A stretch of DNA of 64,000 nucleotides from Candidatus Limnocylindrales bacterium (lineage in GTDB: Bacteria > Moduliflexota > Moduliflexia > Moduliflexales > JAUQPW01): assembly GCA_035559535.1 (NCBI GenBank), contig DATMBG010000034.1:1-64000 (forward strand), in the 5' to 3' direction. Shown here piece after piece: positions 40,148 to 50,458 of the stretch. The notes below the pieces were generated by a model. The model saw only the letters and a program-made list of their open reading frames with translations. It had not been told where the DNA came from and ran no database searches. Within the stretch, counting starts at the first letter, position 1, and the number at the start of each line of letters is the position of its first letter. The translations under genes and the position numbers were made by a program.

Positions 40148-40444
40148 CTACCCTTCTTTTACCTTCTCAATGGTTGCCTCCCAGGCGAAGCCGGCTAACA
40201 AAGCTGCCGGCCAGCTATCCAGTTTATCATTTAGAAAGGCCATAATGAGAGGGGCCGTAACGAAGGCAAAGATAAGGGTTACGATATAGGGCTTGCTGGC
40301 ATCCCAGGCACGGGATAAGAATCCCGGTACTCCGGCCACCCCGGCTCTAGGTCTAGGTAGGGCCTGCCGCAATATGGGATAGATGACACTGATCACGATA
40401 CCTGCAACAACGGCCAAATAGGTTGACCAAAATGACATGGGCAA
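40148..40444 (-). CDS. Small hypothetical membrane protein
   Basis: Three hydrophobic segments; GAGGAGG RBS. Confidence 0.65.
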   Translation of the reverse strand: MPMSFWSTYLAVVAGIVISVIYPILRQALPRPRAGVAGVPGFLSRAWDASKPYIVTLIFAFVTAPLIMAFLNDKLDSWPAALLAGFAWEATIEKVKEG

Positions 40445-40589
40445 GACCTCCTCACATGAGCTTTGGTAAGCAAAATGAATTCGGCTTCCTGATGCCCGAG
40501 TTAAGCAAGCACGAACTTAAATTGGAGCGCCCAAGGGCATCAAGCAAGTTAATAAGAAAAGTACTACTCCCTGCACCCCCCTCCGGGGA

Positions 40590-40698
40590 GTTGTCGGGTC
40601 CTTACTGTTTCACACATTTTCCTTAAAAACCTTCCAAAACCGATACCCTTTTAAATCTTCTGTTGTCGGGTCCTTACTGTTTCACACATTTTCCTTAA
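40590..40698. repeat. Two identical 37-bp direct repeats separated by a 35-bp unique spacer
   Basis: GTTGTCGGGTCCTTACTGTTTCACACATTTTCCTTAA at 40590-40626 and 40662-40698. Confidence 0.9.
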
Positions 40699-40699
40699 C

Positions 40700-41446
40700 T
40701 TAAGGTTCTCCTTTTATCCGCTCCATCACCTTACTGGTGATATGATGCTCTCTTTCCTTAACCACCGCCAAGACGACCAATTTAAAGAAAGGTATGGTGG
40801 TACTGATTGCCGAAGCCAATTGGGCAGTTTCCAACAACCAACCGAACAAAAGCCCTGCAAGGCGCATAATCAGGAGAAGCACCCACAGAAAACACCCTCC
40901 AATAATAGGCGCCAATAGTACATATACAAGGGGTGATTTTATGTCGGCGCCTACCAACATAAGTACCCCTAAGGTAAGAGCAATGATCGCCATTGCTATA
41001 CTGACCATACCCCCGGCAATGACAATCTCACCGGTATAGATCCCCGCATCCATGACCCTTGTTATATACCCCTCTTTTGCCCACGGTCGGGATAGTGGCT
41101 TAAATCCAGGCAATATGGGGGGTTTAAGTTTCGACGGTAGAAGCCGATCATATATCTCCTGAACGTCTCCACTGGGCGGCCCATTCCAGATGCATCTATA
41201 AAATAATCTTGACAATTTAAAGGGATCCACCTGTTCGACACCCCTGACAAAAGAGTCATTAAGATTTCGCAGCTTCTCCCGGAATTCAGGCGATAGAAGA
41301 TCCACTATCTTTTCTGTGAAGGCAGAGAAAACAAAGATAATGAGTACGGAGATAAACCACTTTCGGGCCTTCTGCCAACTACGCCTGTCGGTTGATCCTT
41401 CTAACTGAGAGGATGGTTTCTCCTCCTGTCTGGTCGTATCGGCCAT
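40700..41446 (-). CDS. Hypothetical membrane protein
   Basis: ORF with one N-terminal and several C-terminal TM segments. Confidence 0.65.
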   Translation of the reverse strand: MADTTRQEEKPSSQLEGSTDRRSWQKARKWFISVLIIFVFSAFTEKIVDLLSPEFREKLRNLNDSFVRGVEQVDPFKLSRLFYRCIWNGPPSGDVQEIYDRLLPSKLKPPILPGFKPLSRPWAKEGYITRVMDAGIYTGEIVIAGGMVSIAMAIIALTLGVLMLVGADIKSPLVYVLLAPIIGGCFLWVLLLIMRLAGLLFGWLLETAQLASAISTTIPFFKLVVLAVVKEREHHITSKVMERIKGEP

Positions 41447-41881
41447 ATCCTTTTCCTGTAACACAGATAGGTCTATAAGTTAGGAGCCTTACAATTCCTT
41501 ACCTTCTCCTATCAGATTCGTTGTGAAAGCATTGTATAAAATGGTTACCCCGGCGAATAGAGTCGAACTGTCGGAATTATGGGTCCCATAAAAGCGAGAG
41601 GGCCTGACACCTTGCAGTAATCTGAAATCGACGAGGTTAACTACTTTCAACCTGACAAAGTTTTACGGTTGTTTTAGTAACGACCCTTTGCGGATGCCTT
41701 TATCTAACAACCCTTTATAAGAGTTGTCAAGAACAAAAGGTGGGTAGCTTCTTTCTGAGGTATCCAAAAATTGTATAATCGAGTTTGCAAATTCCCTGCG
41801 GGTACTGATTTTCGGTTAAGTATATACAATTTTTTATACAGACTCCGAGGTAAATCCGAAAAGCCGGCCGGGTTATTCTTT

Positions 41882-42577
41882 TTATCCCTGCAGGTCCTGT
41901 CCAGGGTCTGATAGGAGGTAGTGTACGAACCAGTCGGTTGCAAGCCGCGCGACTTCTTCCAGCGCACCGGGTTCTTCGAAAAGGTGCGTCGCTCCGGGGA
42001 TGACCTCCAGTTTCTTTTCCGTGCGGAGCTGTGCCAGTGCCGCCCGGTTCAGATCGATCACCAGGGTATCTTCTCCACCCACGATGAGAAGCGTGGGGGC
42101 CTGGACCCGAGGCAGAAAGGACTCTGCCAGATCCGGGCGTCCACCCCGTGAGACAACTGCTCCTACAACCTTCGGACGTTCTGCCGCAGCAACCAGTGCA
42201 GCCGCCGCACCGGTACTGGCACCAAAGTAGCCAATTCTGAGGTTTTGGGTCTCTGGGTTCTGCCTGAGCCAGTCTGTGGCACCCACAAGCCGCTCAGCCA
42301 GCAGCTTGATATTAAACCGGAGATGTCGAAGCTGCATATCCACTACTTCCTCTTCTGAGGTGAGAAGGTCCATGAGTAAAGTCGCAAGCCCGGCCTCGCG
42401 AAGCACCCGTGCAACGTATCGGTTTCGAGGACTATGCCGACTACTCCCACTCCCATGCGCGAATACCACAATCCCTCGCGTACCTCCGAGCCCCTCTAGA
42501 TTCCCTGAAAGGGTAACCGGGCCTACCGGAATCTGGACCAGGTTCTCTTCATCCTGTCTTCTCGATATTCCGTTCAT
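41882..42577 (-). CDS. Dienelactone-hydrolase-like alpha/beta hydrolase
   Basis: FAHGSGSSRHSPRN, GYFGASTG, SRGGRPDL and GATHLFEEPG motifs. Confidence 0.9.
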   Translation of the reverse strand: MNGISRRQDEENLVQIPVGPVTLSGNLEGLGGTRGIVVFAHGSGSSRHSPRNRYVARVLREAGLATLLMDLLTSEEEVVDMQLRHLRFNIKLLAERLVGATDWLRQNPETQNLRIGYFGASTGAAAALVAAAERPKVVGAVVSRGGRPDLAESFLPRVQAPTLLIVGGEDTLVIDLNRAALAQLRTEKKLEVIPGATHLFEEPGALEEVARLATDWFVHYLLSDPGQDLQG

Positions 42578-42923
42578 GGGTATTTCCTCCTTTATTTCTT
42601 ATTTGCTCATCCCTGAATAATTAAAATACTGCCTAAACCCCAGGAGTAACCTTTCTGGTTGCTCTGCTTAAGGGCTATCACAAAGATCACTCTTTAATTA
42701 TACCACCTCTTCATAGTAAATGGGTATCAGCTCAGAAGGAATAACGAGGAAGGAAGTGACTGATTCCATAGAGGGGGTATGGATGAGGTGCCTGTAAAGA
42801 CTTTCTTCAAAAGGATCTGCTATTTTGTAAAGTTAAAATTTTGTAAAGTTAAATTTGAATAAGCTATTCTGCCCTCACCCCAGGCCCCTCTCCCGAGGCT
42901 TCGGGATATGACCTCCTTTTCCC

Positions 42924-43100
42924 ATATAACGGACAGGCTAAAAAGAGGTATATTTCTCCGCCGGCCGATGGTTAGACATTCTCTGGCATTGACGCTTCGG
43001 TCTTATATTTCCCCACGACGGGTGGTGCCACTCTCGATATACTGCTTATCATTGTTCTTCCCTCTTCGCGCCATTTCGTAGCACCTCCCGCGTGTCTAAC
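42924..43100 (-). other. Degenerate terminal mini-cassette with a 23-codon ORF
   Basis: Minus strand: GTTAGAC (43100-43094), GGAGG, ATG MARRGKNNDKQYIESGTTRRGEI*, complementary GTCTAAC (42977-42971), GTTATAT (42930-42924). Confidence 0.4.
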
Positions 43101-43332
43101 GCTATGCCTCTGAGCGGCTGGTATACTTCTTCACGCACAAAGTCGCCTGCGCCACCCTGATCGGTCCCAGGGTCAGTCAGGTAGCCTGCCTTTGATAGCC
43201 CTCAAGCCGCCTTGCACTAATTACCCTTAGAGCAAGGGGAGGCTTTCCATAACATAATGGTTGGTGTTGGCCATGACCATTCGCTCACGCTAGGGTGATC
43301 GCAAAGCTCGGAAGTAGGTTGTGAACCCACTC

Positions 43333-43672
43333 TCACTGGATGAACTCCATAATGCACAACATGACGCCTATGACTCCGAGAATTACCCCCCAGAAGTGCA
43401 TCGGAATGAAAAACAGCCGGTGTGTTGCCCGGTCGAGAACCCTCTCCTTTCCTGTCACCTTATCAATAACTGTCTGGGCTGTGCGCTTGCGCAATAGATT
43501 ACCCACAACCCAAGACAAAGCTGCCGCGATCAATAGGGCAAACTCCAATGGTCCACTTATGAGCCAAATAATATCCTTTACCCCATAAAGCATCGAACAC
43601 GTAATTGCAAAGTAATGCCGCTCCAAAAACAAAGACGACAACGAGAAAACCGAAACCACTCCACATGATCAT
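43333..43672 (-). pseudogene. Frameshifted small membrane protein (cassette cargo)
   Basis: MIMWSGFGFLVVVF...YYLAHKWTIGV, then +1 shift at ~43541 into ALLIAAALSW...IDKVTGKE...HRLFFIPMHFW. Confidence 0.75.
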
Positions 43673-43726
43673 TGTTTATCCCTTTCAGTTTGTTGTGATG
43701 GCGAACTCAAGCGGTATACATGAGAC

Positions 43727-43750
43727 ATCTAACGACCCGGCATCAGAGGT
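43727..43750 (-). other. Remnant half attC (R' core GTTAGAT)
   Basis: ATCTAACGACCCGGCATCAG on the plus strand, ~55 nt upstream of the cassette start codon; other arm not recognisable. Confidence 0.45.
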
Positions 43751-43909
43751 TGACCGCTTTAGAGTTACGATGGACCGCTTACGTGCATACCAAACAACCG
43801 GCGACAGCACATAACACAGCCTGCTCTTCACGTGGGTTGCACAATGGTAAGCTTACAGATCTTGAACAACTCTCAGTGGCGCTCCCATTGAACGCACATC
43901 TCTCCATAA

Positions 43910-44193
43910 ATTGGAGTCCTTCCGGTGTCCCCGGTCTGCACGCAACCACCGGCATCAACTGTTGCTAAATCCCCTTGCTGGAATTAAATGTTCCGATACT
44001 CCGTCATTCATTGCCTAACATTCAGCTGATCAATGCGGCATATTATAGTGTCGGGATCAGTATTCGAACATGATATCTGCTCGGCAGCCTGCGTATGAGA
44101 TATGAAACTAAATATGAAAGATGTGACTAAAAAGATTTTTAGTGCAGGGAATAGACCTGTTCGCTTAGATGTGTCAGTGGATTTCATAGTCAT
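43910..44193 (-). pseudogene. Exported-protein remnant with two in-frame stops
   Basis: AGGAGG RBS and signal peptide; the frame continues ...NVRQ*MTEYRNI*FQQGDLATVDAGGCVQTG. Confidence 0.6.
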
Positions 44194-44245
44194 ACCTCCT
44201 TTCGCAGCCCCACCGGAGCAGCGCATGATATGGTACATCTTTGCG

Positions 44246-44791
44246 CTATGATTGCGTAGCCCGGAAAACGGCGACCTGTTTCAGGAAACGGTCAAAGCTT
44301 TGTGGATCTGGGAAAGCGCGGCGGGGCAAAATGAAAGCCTGTAATGATGTTATATAGACGTATGCAGCATGCAGATCGTTCGCGACGTCTACGACCGCTT
44401 GCCAGGGCGTGATGGATGATTGTCCGGCCGCATTGCTGAACTGAAGTCCGGCGGAATCGATCAGGGCGTGCGTCGGACCCAAGATGTTCCTGAACGTACC
44501 ATCCCGGACGCGCCGCAGTATGGATCGCCTCAGCGACCAGCATCCAAGTGGTACGGCTAATATGGCCATGACGAGCGAAAGCAAAAGTATGGGCAGCGCC
44601 AAGGTAAAGTTCAGCCATAGCTTCGGATTTACAAGAGTGCCAACAATCAGTACCCAGCTTGCTAATCCGAGCCGCAAGGACCAGCGCCGCTGACGGAAGT
44701 ATGGGGAGTGCGCCCAGGTGTAAATCGAGAAACGGACGTAATCCTCTGTTGTTAGTGTGTAATTCAACTCCCAGGATTCCATCATGTTCAC
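44246..44791 (-). CDS. YcxB family membrane protein
   Basis: Two TMs followed by W..V.......AYVY....AFILPRRAF. Confidence 0.75.
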   Translation of the reverse strand: MNMMESWELNYTLTTEDYVRFSIYTWAHSPYFRQRRWSLRLGLASWVLIVGTLVNPKLWLNFTLALPILLLSLVMAILAVPLGCWSLRRSILRRVRDGTFRNILGPTHALIDSAGLQFSNAAGQSSITPWQAVVDVANDLHAAYVYITSLQAFILPRRAFPDPQSFDRFLKQVAVFRATQS

Positions 44792-44799
44792 GGTCGGAT

Positions 44800-46338
44800 T
44801 TAATTCTCAACGGGCAATCTTCGCTTGCAGACATGATTTCCGACCCACATGCCGGGGTAAATATCGTTTCCAAGCAAAATGGTGGGGTCTAGTGAATTGT
44901 CATCGATGCAATAGGTCTGATATCCGTACGGAACCGGGTAAACTTTGCCGGTTTCGGGATCGCGCACCAGTTCCTCGCCAGCCAATGCAGCTACCCAGTG
45001 GCGTGCATCGTGGACCATCGCCTCCTGCCGCCGCTCGAAGGCCTCTAACTGCATTTGCTGTACAGCCCGCCCGGCACTGTCAATGAGCTGTTGCTGTACC
45101 TTGGCGCCCTTCACGATTGTCTGGCCCATCTTGATCAAAATGTCGGCTTCCTGTGCGTAAATGCCGACAAGAGCTGTGGCGAAACGGCTGCCCCAACCCG
45201 GAGTGGGCCGCACAGAGTGAATTACGCCAGCGCAGAGATCGCGCCAGCTCTCAGCTTGACTGGCTGGCACCGAACAGCCGGCGATTAACGCGAGACTCGT
45301 CACCTTCCCTGGCCCTAGTATCGGATTCGGCAGATGGTACATGGTAATAGTGCCCCAGTAATCCAGCGGGCCCATTGGACTTGAGCTGAGGACTTGATAA
45401 AAAGCCTGGGACGCAGAGATTGGGATCAAGTCCGGGTGGCCAAAGGAAAGGCCCTGCCAGTGGGATTGCTGGAGCCGTTCGATCACAAGCTGTAAGCTTT
45501 CCCCGGGCGACCATGATCGGGAAGAATCCTGAAGCTGCATCTGGACGGACGGAATCACGCATTGCATGAGGATATTGCCGAACGGATTAAACCCTTGCGA
45601 GCAACTGGCAATTCTGGCCTGATAACGGAGGTCAGAAACACTGACGATCAACACAATAATCGACGGCTGAGTCTTTCCAGAGGGCGCCATTATGAAGACG
45701 TCGCCTTGGGAGGAAGAGTTAATCGACCAGTCAACCGGCAGATAGACCGTGAATTCACCATTGGCAGATCGCGTCGGCGTCAAGGGAACTGCCGGTGTGG
45801 CTTTTTCAGACGGCGTGGACTTAACCGGTACCTCTGCAGCTTCTATCCTGCCAATCGTAAAGCTGCGCTGCATTTGATCGAACGCGCTTCTGACCAAAGC
45901 AAGTTCCGCTTTGGGCGCGGACTGAATCAAGACAAATGTGTGATCGCCGCTGGCTACACCGGACAACGTAAGATAGGCTTCCATGCCCTTCGGATTGATT
46001 CCCGAATAGGCGACCGATACGCCGTTTAAGCCGGCCAGAACTGCGCCTGAGCGGCCTGTTTCGGTCAACTCGCGCCATTGCCGTCCTATTTGTCCAGCTA
46101 AAGAGACGATCAGGCTGGCTGGATCAGAGGATCCGTGGGAGATGAGTATGGTGAGATACGAACTACCGTGAACGAATGATACAGAGTCGGCATTCAGCGG
46201 TGTAACGGTCCATCCCGGTGGCACTTCGACACGAAACCGGTTCTGTGGATCAGAATAAATCTGCGCAGCTGAGGCGAAGCTGAACACCAGCAGCATGCCC
46301 AGCATCAAAGCGATTGCAAAGCAGCGCTCCCATTTCAT
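44800..46338 (-). CDS. Hypothetical exported protein (N-terminal PsbP/DcrB-like region)
   Basis: Signal peptide; YSDP..RFRVEVPPGW and F.VYLP.DW repeats; 512 aa. Confidence 0.65.
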   Translation of the reverse strand: MKWERCFAIALMLGMLLVFSFASAAQIYSDPQNRFRVEVPPGWTVTPLNADSVSFVHGSSYLTILISHGSSDPASLIVSLAGQIGRQWRELTETGRSGAVLAGLNGVSVAYSGINPKGMEAYLTLSGVASGDHTFVLIQSAPKAELALVRSAFDQMQRSFTIGRIEAAEVPVKSTPSEKATPAVPLTPTRSANGEFTVYLPVDWSINSSSQGDVFIMAPSGKTQPSIIVLIVSVSDLRYQARIASCSQGFNPFGNILMQCVIPSVQMQLQDSSRSWSPGESLQLVIERLQQSHWQGLSFGHPDLIPISASQAFYQVLSSSPMGPLDYWGTITMYHLPNPILGPGKVTSLALIAGCSVPASQAESWRDLCAGVIHSVRPTPGWGSRFATALVGIYAQEADILIKMGQTIVKGAKVQQQLIDSAGRAVQQMQLEAFERRQEAMVHDARHWVAALAGEELVRDPETGKVYPVPYGYQTYCIDDNSLDPTILLGNDIYPGMWVGNHVCKRRLPVEN

Positions 46339-46440
46339 CTTTTCATCTTATGAGCCGATTATGAGCCAATTTTCCCGCATCCCATCCCCTCATCAAAGAC
46401 AGCGCCAACACCATCGTCATAGCCCGTCGGGAAATCGTTT

Positions 46441-46677
46441 TCATCTCCATTCTCCTCGATTAAAGTTCGCTCTTTCTTTCCTTCGTCCCTTACCGCCCAA
46501 TTCAGCCCAAAAGGGGTCAAACCCCGACTTGTGAGGCTCTCTTTCTAACAACCAGCGGGGTAGTATAAATGCACCCGTTGTGGCAACCATAGCAAATAAT
46601 CTCATCCACACGAAGTACCTCAGGGACCTTATCTCCGCCCCCAGTGCGATATGCAGAACAAATGCGGCTTGGCTCAT
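46441..46677 (-). pseudogene. Interrupted first-cassette ORF downstream of the second attI-like site
   Basis: AAGGGA RBS and ATG ~17 nt after the core site; hydrophobic ORF runs into a GGGGTTTGACCCC palindrome near 46514-46526. Confidence 0.35.
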
Positions 46678-46693
46678 TACGGTGTCCCTTACG

Positions 46694-47074
46694 AGCTAAT
46701 ATCAAATAGACCCCAAACCCGGCGTAATATCCAGATCCTTCCTCAACTTTACCCTACTTTAGGAGTATTTCTCCAGTTAATCCAAACCCTACACAGCCCA
46801 AGGGTCCTTTTTTGTTTTCACTATCCTTTATCTTGGGTCTACCTTTCCGGTTTGCTCATACCCTCTAAGTCGTGGTTTTTCTTTAACTTCTCTAACCAAC
46901 TGGACAATTCCGCTCCTATCTGTGGGGATATTGGAACCGGAAAATACCCCAACAGATATTACCTCTATATAATGAAGTACGATGAACTATTTTATAAGTT
47001 TCGCTAAACCATCAAAGGTCATAGTAGGATATCATGACAGAAATGACTCTATTTTATGAAACAAATATTGTCAA
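46694..47074 (-). promoter_or_regulatory. Second, diverged copy of the integron promoter-leader-attI segment
   Basis: Colinear with 56146-56524 (TTTAGGAGTATTTCTCCAG, CTAAGTCGTGGTT, TTAACTTCTC, AGATATTAC); TTGACA-17-TAGAGT promoter; core mutated to ATTAGCT. Confidence 0.75.
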
Positions 47075-47123
47075 GAAAAAACCTCTTTTTTGTATCTGTA
47101 TCCCTTTAGTAGGTGGAAAAAGA

Positions 47124-47205
47124 AACACCCCCATCCTCCCTCCAGGGGGACTGACATAGGGTTGCTGCTGCTGAATCCCCCCTGGAGGGAGGATGGGAGA
47201 GTGTT
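47124..47205. repeat. Long inverted repeat (REP-like hairpin)
   Basis: CCCATCCTCCCTCCAGGGGGA ... CCCCCTGGAGGGAGGATGGG. Confidence 0.85.
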
Positions 47206-47428
47206 CAGACAGAAAAAGTGACACCTATTAAATTGTTGTAGAACCGTCTACTTTATGTTAAAGAACAAAAAGGCTTTCGACATATATAAATTTTTAAACA
47301 CCTTCCAGCCCAGGCTGGAAGGGATGGGCCCACCGCCTGGTACGGGTGGATGATCATCCACCCCTACAGTCAGGCCGCATAGGGCCAGTCTCAATCAGCA
47401 TGCAAAAAACTTTCAATCCCCTGCGTAT

Positions 47429-48375
47429 TTAACGCCAAAGCGTGCCTGGACATCTACCTGGACCTTCTGCGCTTTGATTAGACATCCTTTTTCCCTTAGG
47501 TACTTCCAGGTGCTTTACAAAGTTTCCCTCTGTTCCATCGAACAGAAAAGGGTCTTGCGGTAGTACGCCGATCTGGTGCCGCAGATACCGTATATCCAGT
47601 TCGTCGTGCGGGTGCTTATCGGCGAAAAGGGAGCTCTGCTGCGGCCGATACAACCCAAGCAGCAGATTGACGAAGGTTGTCTTACCAGAGCCATTTGGCC
47701 CCACGAGCGCGGTGAATGTATGGGGTGCAAGAGTCAGGTTGACACCACGCAAGACAGGAGCATGATCGGCGTGGCCAAATGTCACATCGTGCAGGGTAAT
47801 GGCGCCACGCATACAATGGCGACGTGTGCCGGAGTATGGCTCGGGCGGAGTGTGAGTGATTAGTTGTTGCAATGACCCGAGCGCCTGATAGCCGTCTACG
47901 AACGCGGGCACGGCACCGAGAGCATCTTGTGAGTAACGCCGCAACGCGAGCAGAATCACGTTGAAGGCAAGTAGGTTGCCCAGCGAAATGTGTCCGGCGG
48001 CAACCTGACTGCCGCCGATAATGAGGAGAACGCCGACCACACCCAGCAGCATGGCATTCTGGACGGCTTGATACCATGCTTGCTGGCGAGACAATGCTTC
48101 GGTCCCACGCTTGAGCGCTTCGATCTGGATAGTTTGATGTGGGGTCTCTTGCTCTTCGGCGGTTTGTACGCGTGTCAGCGTGATCAATTGCAAGACGGCG
48201 AGTGTGCCACGGCTGTAAGCCTTGAGGGCTTTCACGCGTCGGTCAATTTGCCGCCAAAGCGCCTGCAGTGAATAGCGGTTGATTACTATTAGTAGCGGCA
48301 CAGCGAGCGAGAGGACCAACATCAGCGTTGGATTCAGCCAGACCAACGCCGCGCCGATGCCAATACCGATTTTGG
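47429..48375 (-). pseudogene. ABC exporter (TMD+NBD) fragment truncated at both ends
   Basis: Partial TMD, Walker A GPNGSGKTT and Q-loop LPQDPFLFDGT; no LSGGQ or Walker B; 5' end abuts the sulfotransferase remnant. Confidence 0.8.
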
Positions 48376-49009
48376 AACAAAAGTATCGCCCACCTGCAGA
48401 AAGCGGAAGATGTCCAGGAGAACCTTCAATGGCTTCATGTCCCAATCGTCGTAGAGATAGATGCGAATCTGCTCGCGTGGGAAGCGTTCCAAGTAGGGTT
48501 GAAGGAGACAGTAATAAAAGCCATTCGCTCTATATCGCCAGCCACAAGACCAATTCATTTGCTGGCATTCTTCTTCGGCATCGAGCGCCTGGGCGAAAAA
48601 AAGATGCTCGCGCCCTAACTGGACCATCATCAGATACGACGAATACGCTCGATCAACAGGGTGTCTCAGCACGGCAATCAACCGGGCGTGAGGAACGTAC
48701 AGTCGGATACGCTCCACATATGCCTCACCCACCGTAAGATATACCGGAGAGGCTTTCACCGATGGCGATGTGATGATCACGGGCTCCGCGGAACAATTCG
48801 GCATGATCTTCGAGCTTGAAGATTGTACTACTATTGAAGAATCGTTCGTCGCCAGGTCCGCAGAAATTTAGCCTCTCTCCGTTGAAGGCGAAGAAACGTG
48901 GTTCCTTGACCGGACTCATGTAAATTTGCGGGTGCTGTTTAAGCGCACGATCCAGGGCTGTAGTGCCACTCTTGGTTGCGCCAATGATCAGGAAATTGGG
49001 CATGGGCAT
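48334..49009 (-). pseudogene. Sulfotransferase, frameshifted and C-terminally truncated
   Basis: PNFLIIGATKSGTT...KEPRFF in one frame; SPVYL...LRHPVDRAYS in another (shift ~48755). Confidence 0.85.
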
Positions 49010-49037
49010 ACCAACAACCTCTTGGCCTTTGACTCGG

Positions 49038-50420
49038 TCACACGTGTCTATTTTCACTGAGGAGGCAGCGATAGGCTTCGTAGCAAGCCCGCACCGTGTC
49101 ATAAGCGGCTTTCCAAGTTCCCCCTTTGTGATCATCTATCACCCTCCCATCCGCCTGGCAGGCGGTGAACCACTCACCCCACTCAGGGTCAAAAAAGTGC
49201 CCGAAGGTGAAATCGGCCAGTTGCTTGAAGTAGTCAATGTAGCGGCGCTGCCCACTCAGTGCATACATGAGCACCAGCGCTTGCATCCCTTCGCCTTGCG
49301 TCCACCAGGGTTTCTCAGTGCTGGCAAGAATCCCGTTCCGATACACATATTGATAAAAGCCCCCATGCTGTGCGTCCCAGCCGTGGCGCAAAGTAAAATC
49401 CAGGATACGCTCTGCCGTGGTGTAATATTCTGGAACCCCAGTAACCTGATGCATTCTGAGCAACAGCCAAGCCGCCTTCGAATTGTGCCCGATTAAGGCT
49501 TGGCCACGGACGGACATTGGGTCGTAGACCCAGTTCGTATGGAATCGTTCAAGGACACAGCCATATTTACGATCCACCATTTGCAAGACAATTACATCGG
49601 CAATCTGCCGGGCTCGCTCCAGGTAGGCAGCTTCCTTGGTTGCCTCGTGCAAAGCCATGATGGCGGTCAGCATAACCAACTGAATGTAGCTCATCTTGGC
49701 ATCCGATTTCACCTTCCAATCCGACTGGCAGCTTTCGTAATAACCCAGATGATTTTTGTCCCAAACCCGCTGCTCTAACAGACGATAGGTTCGTACCGCA
49801 TAGTCAAGTGCCGTCTGGTCTTGTGTGACACGGTGGTACTCTACCAAACCCAATAGCACGTACGCCTGTTGGAATGAGTTCTTATCAGGCTCTCTAACAC
49901 GTCCATTCCGATAGACGCTTTTGTACCACCCCCCGCGTTGTTTGTCCCACATGTTTTCGATGAGAAACCTGACTCCTTCCCTCGCCAGTTCGAGATAGGT
50001 GGGAGAACGGAACAATTCGTAGCCTATAGAGAAAGCGCAGACCATACGCCCCTGCATGGCGGTCGCTTTCAGATCATCCTTGTAGACCTGCCCCTGGCGA
50101 TCGAGGTGCGTGATAAAACCGCCGTAGCGCCGGTCAGGAGAATGTCGTTCCCAGAACGGCAATAGAGCCGACCGAATATGCTCTAGGAAAAAGTCGCCGG
50201 TATACTCAGCAGCACTTTTCAGCAGACACAACGGCTTCTGATGGCTTGGAGCAAGCGGCATGCGTGCCTTGAGCCTCGTTCGCGCCCCCTGCAGCCTGGC
50301 ATAGACCTCCCAGAAGGCAAAGGCGAACATATCATGCACGCCTCCATTACCCCGGGGAGACACGAGCCTCTTCACAGGCTTCTTCAACGGTGCTAAGATC
50401 AGATGACGAATCGTCTTCAT
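49038..50420 (-). CDS. AGE family epimerase/isomerase (N-acylglucosamine/cellobiose 2-epimerase-like)
   Basis: LPFW...D..YGGF, Q.R, GH..K.AWLL, GWD..HGG, K.WW.Q.E and KG..WK motifs. Confidence 0.85.
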   Translation of the reverse strand: MKTIRHLILAPLKKPVKRLVSPRGNGGVHDMFAFAFWEVYARLQGARTRLKARMPLAPSHQKPLCLLKSAAEYTGDFFLEHIRSALLPFWERHSPDRRYGGFITHLDRQGQVYKDDLKATAMQGRMVCAFSIGYELFRSPTYLELAREGVRFLIENMWDKQRGGWYKSVYRNGRVREPDKNSFQQAYVLLGLVEYHRVTQDQTALDYAVRTYRLLEQRVWDKNHLGYYESCQSDWKVKSDAKMSYIQLVMLTAIMALHEATKEAAYLERARQIADVIVLQMVDRKYGCVLERFHTNWVYDPMSVRGQALIGHNSKAAWLLLRMHQVTGVPEYYTTAERILDFTLRHGWDAQHGGFYQYVYRNGILASTEKPWWTQGEGMQALVLMYALSGQRRYIDYFKQLADFTFGHFFDPEWGEWFTACQADGRVIDDHKGGTWKAAYDTVRACYEAYRCLLSENRHV

Positions 50421-50458
50421 GGGAAACCTCCAAAAATGTTATTGGCTTAATGTCAAGT

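Noticed and set aside
40590-40698. Formal CRISPR array call
   Set aside because: Only two repeats, no cas genes, no hairpin or typical terminus; kept as a repeat and a finding only
41542-41572. tRNA 3'-end-like sequence on the minus strand (GTTCGACTC...ACCA)
   Set aside because: The T-stem does not pair and no cloverleaf can be built
42822-42853. 16-bp tandem repeat ATTTTGTAAAGTTAAA
   Set aside because: AT-rich and only two copies; no function can be supported
44033-44039. GCCTAAC as an attC core
   Set aside because: Lies inside a coding remnant and has no partner arm
46651-47007. Plus-strand ORF similar to 56092..56361 as a conserved small protein
   Set aside because: Some synonymous-looking changes exist, but the nucleotide alignment needs offsetting 2-nt indels, and starts and stops differ; better explained as non-coding homology
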